DNA from: Vicugna vicugna
Lineage: Eukaryota
Assembly (NCBI GenBank): GCA_013265495.1
Contig: MU058844.1
Span: forward strand, 8,059,260-8,123,259
DNA length: 64,000 nt
Direction of reading: 5' to 3'
The notes under the pieces were generated by a model that did not search any database, was not told the origin of the DNA, and saw only the letters and a list, made by a program, of their open reading frames with translations. Below, piece after piece: positions 54,000 to 64,000 of the stretch. Made by a program: the position numbers and the translations under genes. Within the stretch, counting starts at the first letter, position 1, and each line of letters starts with the position of its first letter.

Positions 54000-54560
54000 A
54001 GTAGTAACACTAATTATCAAGGTTTAGTAAACATGTCACAGAATGTTTTTACATAAATTATCTCAAGTAATTCTTTCTGAAACCCTGTTTGTAAACTTTG
54101 TGAATTAGTATTTTACAAAAGGGCAGGTGGAACTCAGATGAAAGATGTTGCCCACAATCCCACAGCTAAGGGGGAGAAGAACTAGGACTCCAAGCCACGT
54201 CCTTTACAAACCCAGGATGCTCCGCCCTGCCCCACCCTAATCCACCCAGTTCCCACAGTTCAACCACCATCTCCAGTCCCTCACCAACCACATTCCTCAA
54301 CCTGCCCCCTCACCTCCAACTTTCAGATGAGATCTGACTTAAAAGACCATTAACTTCCACAGGAGAGATTCAAAACCATAGATGAGTAAATGCTAGAAGA
54401 GATCCGAGATCCAGCGATCAGAAATCCCTATTTGTAAAATTCCAGAACTTTGGAGATTATCTCATTTATATTTGCAGTGAAGAAACGAATGTCCAAAGAG
54501 TTTAAATGTGTTCCCCAAGGACTCAGAGCAACGGGGTTGAGGCCAGGACCAGAAATGTCA
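54000..54560 (-). mobile_element. Two MIR fragments
   Basis: attatctca...ttttacaaaagggcagg...tgcccacaatcccacagctaag...ggactccaagcc; second copy ctcatttatatttgcagtgaagaaac...ccccaagg. Confidence 0.6.
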
Positions 54561-55049
54561 TCTGCCTTTGTGTTTGTGGCATGTACTTGATCCCTTTATT
54601 TCTATTTTTAATCACTACTCTTCAACAAGAATCTACAGTAATTCTTGAAAACAGGAATAATCAGATTCCAATGTCTTTGATCTAGTATTCAAAGCTGTCC
54701 AAAATCTGGCCTACAATTATTATCTCAACTTCAAAACTCCCTAAGTAATATTGGTATCTTTGTTCAAAACTTCAAAACTCCCCCAGAGATATCAATCTCA
54801 TTATTTCATATATAAAACAAATTTGTATCCATCTACCTAATGCTGCCACTATCTTAAATGTTATCCCTCACCTCCAGCTTCAATTTTAGTTCTTCCACAA
54901 GCCATCCCCAGTTTCTCCAGGCTATATTAATCCCTGCCTTCACAAAGCTCTTCAGTCTTATAATTTGTACCATACATGAAAGATATCATACACTGTAAAG
55001 GTCAAGTCTGAAGCTGTTAAGGCCCAAAGTGATACTAAGCCTACATCAT

Positions 55050-55200
55050 CTTTTCAAAAAAAAAAAATTGTTTTTTTGCAATGGGAGAAGTAATTAGGTT
55101 TATTTATTTTATTTATTTCTTCGTGGAGGTACTGGGGATTAGACCCAGGACTTGTGCATGCTAAGCAGGAATTTTACCAGTAAATTATACCCTCCCCACC
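55050..55200 (-). mobile_element. Camelid Vic-1-type SINE with TSD
   Basis: gtaattaggtttatttatt...tggaggtactggggattagacccagg...gtgcatgctaagcagg...tataccctcccc; TSD ctaagcctaca(t/a)cat at 55035-55049 and 55201-55215. Confidence 0.9.
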
Positions 55201-55244
55201 CTAAGCCTACAACATATTAATGATTACCACATTCTTCAGAAATA

Positions 55245-55420
55245 AGTCTCATTGCTTCCACAGGAATACAAGCTCCTAGAAGGCAGGGATTTGTCTGCTT
55301 TGTTCACTGAAATATACTATCCACAGAAACTAGACTGGCACCCAACCCAGGCTAGGCATTCAATATAAGACAGATGAAGAAGTACATGAATGGTTGAGCA
55401 AATGACTTGAATGAATGAAA
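55245..55420 (+). mobile_element. L2 3' end
   Basis: aagctcctagaaggcagggatttgtctgctttgttcactg...ctggcac...taggcattcaata...tgaatgaatgaa. Confidence 0.75.
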
Positions 55421-57860
55421 AAAAGAACAATGAACCAAGACAACAGTCTAGAAGGGAGCTAGAGGAGAGTATATGAGGGCAGTTTTAGATACACCAGAAT
55501 CTTGATACAATTATCAAATTGTCCAACCTGATCTCTCTAGTCTATGTACCTAGTGTTTAAAACACAGAGAGGGGGCTCTTTATCCCAGGATTTTTGAAGT
55601 CTACACGGCTAGGTAGTAAGGTAGCGCCTCATTTCCTTAATATACATATTTGATGTCAATGTCTACAGTTTCTTTAACAATTTGATCTTTTTTTCCTGGT
55701 GGGTACTGAATTAATTTAGGAGTTAGCACAATGATAAAGCATTTAAAAGTCCCTGTAGCTAATAAGGCCTGTTTTCTTTATTGCAGGAAAAACTTCAAAT
55801 GTTTTTTAAATACACTTGAAATATGAAGCTAGGTCAAGTTCTGAATCCTTAGGGCTATTTTTCATTACTGAAGAATAGGACAAAAATACAGTGTCTTAAG
55901 AAAGAAAAGAAAAAAGGAGAGGGAGAGACAGAAAGAGGGGGTCAAGGAGAAAAGGAATCAGGAAGACAAGACTTTTAAACACTAGACTGGCAAGTTCACC
56001 TGAACAAGATCACAGTAGTCAAACTACATGAAAGCTCTGGGCATCCTCAGCTCTAAATGAAGAGCCTTAAAACACCCATTTCGCTTCCTGAGAGCTTCAG
56101 GAAGTGATCTGAATTGTCAGGAAGGTTTGTAAGCACTGTAACACTGGACAAATGGGAGACATTGCAGATATGAGGGATGGATATTCTTGAAATAGCAATG
56201 TCAGTTCCTTCAAAAGGATGCTACTGTGGGATGTGAGATACGTCTAGGTAATCACTTATTTTCCAGTACTGGAGACTGTGATACCAGGGAGGAAGCTATT
56301 TTTAATCTCATTTCTAAACATCTCTGTTAAAAACGCAGTCAATTCCTAGTTTAGTGTCACAGGTAGTAGTGAATAGTAATATGTTAACGACTGATAATAT
56401 AGAAACTGACTAATATCCTTGCAATGTTAGATAACCGTATCAGAGTAGTCACATTTGTTGCAATTCTATGACTTCTAAAAATATATATTAAATAACAGAA
56501 ACAACCCTACATATGATCTTTATGGCACTTTATTTTGTTTTGTTTGTTTGGAACATATTTTTAAATCAGCTAATCTGCAGAGAAAAGTAACCATCTTAAA
56601 TAAAAATAAAAACAGTTCACATTATGGAACACTTAGTGTGTGCTGGGCATTCAGAGATTTCTGCATATTAATTCATTTAATTTTCAAAAAACTCTAAATT
56701 TAAGATGTACTGGGTTACAAAGAGGTAAAATCAGAATTTCCAGGTCATGCCACTATTAAAGCAACAGGCATTATATTTCCTCAGGCAACCAGCTGCCTCA
56801 TTAAGAAAGGGAAGAAAATATTACAAGTCACTGACAAAAAATTCTTAAATAACTTTGAAAAAGGCCAAAGGTAGAGTTGCACTTAAAAAGAACAATTAAA
56901 TACTTATGAGAATGTATTCACAGAACATTGAGGACTGGAGATTTTGACTTGATGAGTTTGGAAGAAAGGAAACTATATGTCAAATTCACAGGGATCTTTG
57001 CAGATTTAGTTATCTTGGATTTTTAAAATTCTTAACCAATAATTCTAATGATGTTTGACTGCCCTAAGTGATCCTCATTTAGACAGAAGGAAATGGCTAA
57101 TTATCAAAGAGATTGGATGAGAGATGCAACACAGTAAGTATAACATTGTTAAACTTTCTGCTACCTCACAACAGAAGTACGCCATAACCACCAACGTACT
57201 GATCACCAAGATCATTGAAAAAAAAAAATCACTGCCAAAGCCAATAACTTCATATCCACTTAGGAAATAAACACAATAAGACACCATCACTCCACTACTT
57301 CCAGCACCAACTCCAGCCATGAAAAAGTATATTATTAAACTGATATTTACTTCTCAGTGTTTGTCTAGTGACAGCTCTCTTTCAGGGTAAAAGTGATTGG
57401 CCTCTGTATTAAGACCAACTAATAAATATCCTCAACATATCTTTCCAAGTAATTTGACAAAAAAAAAAAAAGGAAAATGAAAAAAAAGAAAAATTCAAGT
57501 ACCCTCATATTACAAACTAAATTTCTACTAAAGATATATTTTTACAGCTGCTATGAACTTCTAAGAGCAGGTTATTCTTGGAAACCACCTTCTGCTTACT
57601 TGGGCTTCCTTTAGGGGGGAATTGTTACCAAAGTTTACTTTGTGTGATTATTTTGAATGAATTCAGTATCAAGAGAATAGTCACAGTGCTAAATCTGGAC
57701 TTGAATTTACTTTGAAAATTTAGGGTAAAGGAGAGCATACTAACACAAAGCAGGACTGGAGGTATCTGTTCAGTGAACTAATTGGTACTCACATGAAATA
57801 TAGAGCAAGAAAAGAGAATAAAGATCTTGCGTTCTTAGGGTTATCTCAGGCAAATTACAC

Positions 57861-58366
57861 TGTAATAGAAAAGAACAAATCTGACTTCATGTTAGATCTG
57901 TTCCTTTGGCTTTAAGCCTGTGCTCTGTTTCCTGCTGGTTCTGCACCTTTTATAAAAGAATGTTGCCTATAGCCTGACATATACAGGATAGCCTATTCTC
58001 AAGGCTCTGACCTTTAAGAGTATTAACATTTTTGCATTCACATAAAGATTAAAAAACTGCAGAATAGAAAATAACATTTGTTGTGTTGGACGTTTAAAGG
58101 GACACCAGGACCTGACCCATGTGGACAGCTGCAAGAACAAAGAATTTCAACACCAAGCAGTTTTCAGTAAGTACACCTCCTCCCTTTTATAGTATAAAAA
58201 GAGCCTGAATTCTGACTTGGGGAAGATGGTTCTCCAGGACATTAGTCTACCGTCTTCTCCATCTATTGGCTTTCCAAATAAAGTCGTTATTCCTTGCCCC
58301 AACACCACGTCTCCCGATTTATTGGCCTGTCATGCGGCAAGCAGAACAGGTTTGGACTCGGTAACA
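57861..58366 (+). mobile_element. ERV1-type solo LTR nested in a MIR
   Basis: tgtaa...gtaaca termini (TG...CA); TATA-like tagtataaaaa at ~58189; AATAAA at ~58277; imperfect 4-bp TSD acac/tcac; MIR sequence on both sides (caggcaaattac | ...tttcttcaactgtaaaa...aata). Confidence 0.85.
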
Positions 58367-58588
58367 TCACTCTAGATTTCTTCAACTGTAAAAGAAGACT
58401 AATATCCTCTTGACAGAAGTATTAAAGATCCAGATAAAAATAAAAAGTGAGTGTGAAAGCCCTTAGTAAAATGCATGTGACTTGTATGAAATTGAATGAC
58501 TGATACTATTATAAAGATATTATCCCAAATTTAGTCTCTCTGGAGAGTCTGTATGACTTAATTCACGTGTATTAGCTAAGTTACCAGA

Positions 58589-58754
58589 TAGAGTCAGCAA
58601 ACGGGCCAAATCTAGTGCCCACCTCTTATGTTCAGATAGTTTTGCTAGAACACAGAACATCCACTTGTTTGCAGTAATCCTACAAACAGTTGTAATGGAG
58701 CCAATGAAAATATTTACTCTCTCGCCCTTGACAATGAATGCTGGCTGACCTCTG
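58589..58754. mobile_element. MER58-like hAT-Charlie DNA transposon
   Basis: Degenerate TIRs tagagtcagcaaac / gctggctgacctctg; internal gggccaaatctag and aaaatatttactctctcgccctt. Confidence 0.65.
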
Positions 58755-59399
58755 GGACAGAAGATACAGTATGGCGGGTCCTCTGTCCAGACCACTGTTT
58801 GACACTTGACAATATTATTTCCTTTAGTTTTTTTTTCTTTTCTTCTTTAAATTTCCCTATAGAGAATGGCAAATTCAACTTGGTATTTCAGGAAAACATG
58901 CTATTTTTCTTGAATGGAAAAAAAGAATCAAAGCCAACTTCTAACTATATGCCTGAAATGATAGCACTGCACACGTAAAATGACATAAGGAAACAATTGT
59001 GAAGATTAGAATAGGGAATTAAACACTAGAAAGTATGATGGACTTCTTAACATATCCATTTCAGAAAATCAAGTGTTAACTGTATTTAAGTTTAAAAGGT
59101 AACGAAAAAGATATATTCAAATCCTCATGATAAAAGGGAGATATGAAGATATTTTTAACACAAATAGATTCCTCTGAAGATGAAACAAAACATAGAGCCC
59201 ACTGCAGTTTGCAATAAACACTTAGTCCTCAAAAAACATTATTATAAGTACTTAGGGATCTGATTTCTGTTCTTGGAATGAATGGAGAACTGCATAATAA
59301 TTACATCTTTCCAATCAGATTGTTTCAAAGACAAAGAAAGTCATGATTTTACCAAAAAAGAAAAAAAAAGATTAGCAACAAAACTATCTTTCAAATTAT

Positions 59400-59580
59400 G
59401 TTTAAAAATAGTATGATAAAAGTTGGTTCTTGAAGTATCCCCTGAAACTTCCATATTAGGAAAATAACCCCCAGAGAGGTTAAATGACTTGTCCACAATT
59501 ACACAACTAGGTGGTGGCAGAAACTGTGAGAACCCAGGTCTGATTAGAACTGCAGGATTTGTCATTATGCTGTACGGCCA
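59400..59580 (-). mobile_element. MIR SINE
   Basis: cccagagaggttaaatgacttgtccacaattacacaactaggtggtggcagaa...gaacccaggtctg. Confidence 0.75.
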
Positions 59581-60567
59581 TACTTTTCACAGCATGTTCC
59601 CTTTATCTCTGAAATCACAACTTCTCTCAAGTGTCTAACATTTTTCAGAGGCTCTCGTGTAATTAACCTAGAAAAGGCCACCAGCTGGATGCAAAGGTGT
59701 AGCTTCAAACAGCCTCTATATAAATCCGATGTAAATCAGCCAATGTCTTAATGGCATATTAAATTTTTACAGAATCGTTCTCCCATAATTAACTTTATGT
59801 TATTGCTCTTTTAAAATTGCTCAAAAGTAAATCTGCCTCTAGGAAATAAGCTGAAACCTATTTCTAGAATGGCCATTTCTTTAAAGGGGTAGAGAAATAC
59901 TCTAAATTCTGTTTCATCTTTAAATATATTTAGTTTGTCTAAAATTATGCTTCCTATTTTCAAAAAGGTCAGGGAATGGAAATTGGGTGTATTCTACATT
60001 TGACAAGCACCTTTCCACTTTGATAAACCCCTGGTCACAGCTAAAAACAAATCAACAAAATGTGTTTAAATACAACACAATTACTCTGCATGTGTAAGAC
60101 ATGCGGAATACACACTGAGAGACATATATATATATGTCTATATATATATATAGAAAAGACTAAAAAGGACCCAGATTCCTATTTACACGACATGCCACTG
60201 TTCCTCATTCAAGAACCAAGGGCTGCATGTACCAAACACACAGCCAAGAAAGCAATCAAACACTGACGTCAGATTCTCACTGCAGAAAATTGCATTTTAT
60301 GTAGGGGCCCACAATTATCATAGTTTTGAAGAAACAAAGTAAGATCCAAGCATTCTGACCCAAACATAACCCCAGGGAAGATACCCTGATTCCCCAAACT
60401 CTGTTACCTATTTGCTAAACAGTAAATAAGACAGACAAGCATATTAAAGACACCAGTGAAAACATTCAGGAGTCTCAGAAAGACTTGAACCAGGTTTACC
60501 AAACCACATGGATTAAAGTCAGAATTTTTCTCTACTGATTCTGGTAAACTTGAAACGTTTTTTAAAA

Positions 60568-60570
<3 letters not shown>

Positions 60571-60608
<38 letters not shown>

Positions 60609-60620
60609 AAAAAAAGAAAA
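60571..60620. repeat. Poly-A tract (36 A plus A-rich extension)
   Basis: Seen directly. Confidence 0.9.
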
Positions 60621-62604
60621 CGAAAACAACAACAAACCTACCTCTTCGAAAAACATTAACTATGGATTCAAACTCCTTTATGCTCAACTTTAAAACACAG
60701 AATTAAGATTATGGTGACAGTTGCAAAAATTTGGTGAACACATTCAAAACCAATAAATAAACTGTTCACTTTAAATGGACTGATTTCATAACATGTGAAT
60801 TATACCTGCATAAAACTGTCACACACACACACAAAAAATACAAAAAGGCCTGACCTGAACTGACATGAGGCTATTTACAGTCTTTATTCCATTTATTGTA
60901 AACAGTCATGTATTTCCCTTCAGAAATACCAAAAAGTTTCTTACTCTGAAATGCCGCCATGTTAGGGGTATTACGTAATACAGAATTTATGCACCCTGTT
61001 ACCTCTAAATAATTTTTTAAAAACCAGAATTACATCTGGCCTCAAAGGATATGGATACTGAATCAGGAAACCTATAGTCCTTTATTATATGAATAAAGGA
61101 AAGCTCTGATTCCAAAAACATTCTTTACAATCCACATCCAACAAGACCTGACATCCTGTGCAGGCAAGGACCCACTAAGACACACAGGCACTCGCTGGCA
61201 TCACAACACTGCTAGTTACTCCAAGCTGTTTTATATTTGTAATGAAATTTACAGAGAAAAGTTTATATCTGAATTATAATGCAACCGCTGTAGCACAGAC
61301 TCATCTTCCCCCTTACAAAGCCATTAGGAATGCATTGCCTCTCAAGGACACGTAAATCAGTTAATATGGTTGACGAGCAATGATGCAGCAACAGGAAATT
61401 CAGGGCCAAGCCAAATGTTTCAATGTGAACTGACTCCAGATAATTCTATTTTGCATGCTTGTGAGAAACACCATGCATTTCAGAGGCGGTAGAGGAAGTT
61501 GAAAGGAGTTTAAGAAGCAAATCTAACCCAGCACAACCTCAAAGGCTGTATGTACAATGCCTCTCTTAAATCTGTTCAGTGTAGGTCAAGGCCATGGCAG
61601 AGATGCTATGCCCTTGCAGGCCAATGTGATGTTGACAATCAAACTCAGAATACTGATTATCTCAATGCCTGTTTCTCTTCTGGGACAGGGAGCTGCAAAA
61701 GAAAGAGTATCCTGTCCTTGATCTCAAGGTTTCTAAACCAACCCCACCACCCACTCCACACACACATTCAGTACTACTTATTATATACCTTAAATAATCA
61801 GGCCACATTTTACTTGAAGGAACTCAACTGAAAGACAATGATCTGCACTACAAATGATCACTGGATTTGGAATTAACATTGTCTCTGAAATCCAGTTTCA
61901 CTGTATGCTAATCGATTAAGGGGAGTTCACTCAACCTCTTGTAAAATGGGTACAAATAAGGACCCGACAGTTAAGTTCGAAAACAAATGTAAATTTTAAG
62001 ACAGCAGATTTGTCTGTTTTCTTCACTACTTCATCCTCCACATCTAGAAGAGTGCTTTATACCTAGAAGACACTCAGCGCCTATTTTTCAAAAAAATAAA
62101 TATCATAAAAAGAGAGCATCTAGCAAATTCCTTGTCACATGACAGGCATTGAAGGAAAAAAAAAAGGAAGTTAATTTAACTCTGAACCCAAATTAAATGT
62201 AGAAGCGTGAAATGGTTCTAAACTCCAAAAAATAAAAATAAAAACAACAAAATCCTGGATGAACTGAGCTATTTAGATGCTACTACTTTTCTGTCACTCA
62301 AGACTCCTTCCTAACCAGGCTAAATTAATTTGTCAGGCATGTGTGCTTCTCCAGTACTTTATATGAAATTCTATTAGCACTTAAAGCACAGAGATATAAT
62401 TAATGCACCCGTCTTATTTTTCCTGGGGACTGGAGTAATGCTACACATCTTTGTATTTTTAGCACTTATAAAACCAGCAATTGCATGTGAAGTGTAGATT
62501 ATTTGTATTGAAAGCTATTGTAGGCAAACAGCATTGGTCCCAAGGTCAATGGATGAGTCTTTCATAATCCTATTTAGACCTTCCATTTTAACCAAACTTG
62601 CACA

Positions 62605-62830
62605 AAACAGTACAATGGAAAGATCACGAGCTTTGGAGTCAGACCTCTGAAGGGAGACCTCTTCTCCACTATGTTCTCTCTGTGAATACTTGGGCAAATT
62701 ACTTCACTCCTATAAACCTCCGTTTCCTTATCTGTAAATGAGTTTAATAATCCCTACTCTCATAGAACTGAACAAAGTAATGCACAAAAGACACAGTAAG
62801 CCTTGATAAATGGTGGTTGCTATCATTATT
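62605..62830 (+). mobile_element. MIR SINE (near full length)
   Basis: acagtacaatggaaagatcacgagctttggagtcagacct...ttgggcaaattacttcactcc...cctccgtttccttatctgtaaatg...taataatccctac...taaatggtggttgctatcattatt. Confidence 0.85.
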
Positions 62831-64000
62831 ACCACCAGTTTTGTGTATATGCAAATGAAAGCTAATGAATTCAAGTAGGGTATTTCTCTTCCTCTTTAAA
62901 CAATATGGAAGTCAGCACAGCCGTGGAGATTACACTGCAGAACGGGAGAAAATCCAAGACTACAAATTATCCTGTCCAAGAACCAGAAACTTTAGGCTGC
63001 TGCTTTGACAGCTTAAATTCAGCCCTTTTCTCACTCAGCTTGCCCATTTTTCAATGGGCACCTCTGCATTTTTCTCCTTTCTTGTAATTTTACCTCTAAA
63101 GTACATTCATTTGTGGAATCATCCTATTTTTTTGACATAAGAGTTGTCACCCATTCAAATATTCACCCAACAATGAGAAACTCAAGTCATGTTGTATGGT
63201 CAGAAGAAAGTTTAAATGCCTTTAAGACTCCAGTGTTGCCCCACCACATTCCTGGAATTCAGGAAACCAGGTACCAGGCTGAACAGTCATACACCCAGCT
63301 GATGAGTCTACTGCTAACACCTAAAATAGTTCTTGCTCCTGAGTTGGTGCAGTGGTGTCCTGTAGAGCAGGCAGAGGGTGTCAAAGAATAACTACCCCAG
63401 CATTTGTTAACTCTCCACCTCTAGACCAGTCTCAGGCTCAGTATCTTTCATCAAAGGGAAGATTTCTCTCTCGAGGGGTAACCTATTTCAAACAATAATA
63501 CACGGCTAGCAAAGAAAATGAACCAAAATAGAAAGAAAAATTTACTGTGATTTTAGGTTCTTTGGTTAAGCTTCTGGTAACTATAAAAGTAAATAATCCA
63601 TTCGAATGTGGACTTCAATCAAGCTGGAGCCCTAGCATGGCCACGTGCAAATAGCTGAATCCTCAACTGAAGTTAGTTTGGGGGTGGAGGGCACAGACAG
63701 GGAAAAGAGGGGCCTGGGAGGAGGGAAAGAACCACAAAATAAAAACCAACAGCCAAATGTCAAAAGCTGCCCTGGTATTAACAACAGAACAAAAGAGAAA
63801 GAACCGAGGGGGAAATAAGGGCAGAGTTGTAATTAATGATGAACTTGAGGGATGGTACATGGAAGTCTACTGCATGGTCTCTAGTCCTAACTGGCAAATA
63901 GAAAATTATTTCCAGAGTAACAAATTTTTATAAATTTAAGGCAGGAAAGCAATGTACCATGGCAAAAGCATTGCACCTAGAGGAAGAGCTCCAATGTCAA

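Overview
Mammalian, AT-rich, repeat-laden genomic DNA. It is almost certainly from a camelid (alpaca/camel lineage), based on five short tRNA-derived Vic-1-type SINEs. The whole window lies inside the TMTC2 gene (ER protein O-mannosyltransferase) on the minus strand. Two coding exons are present: an 829-nt exon at 39177-38349 (probably exon 3; TM helices and DUF1736 region) and a 115-nt exon at 19425-19311 (probably exon 4; first TPR). They join in frame across an 18,923-nt GT-AG intron; the ORF track missed the second exon. The rest is intron containing L1, L2, MIR, MaLR/ERVL/ERV1 LTRs, hAT DNA elements, microsatellites and one 98-N assembly gap. Nearly all other ORFs in the track are noise. 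I see no convincing novel protein-coding system. The most unusual structure is a ~400-bp, ~94%-identical local inverted duplication (16638-17040 / 17895-18346) about 1 kb downstream of exon 4, which could fold the pre-mRNA into a long dsRNA stem. Other leads are inverted SINE/L1 pairs bracketing both exons (circRNA/editing geometry), a young L1 with intact ORF2 C-terminus 1.07 kb upstream of exon 3, and candidate read-through/poison splicing signals just after exon 3. Repeat subfamily names are from recognition of consensus-like motifs, not a database search, and the boundaries of old repeats are approximate.
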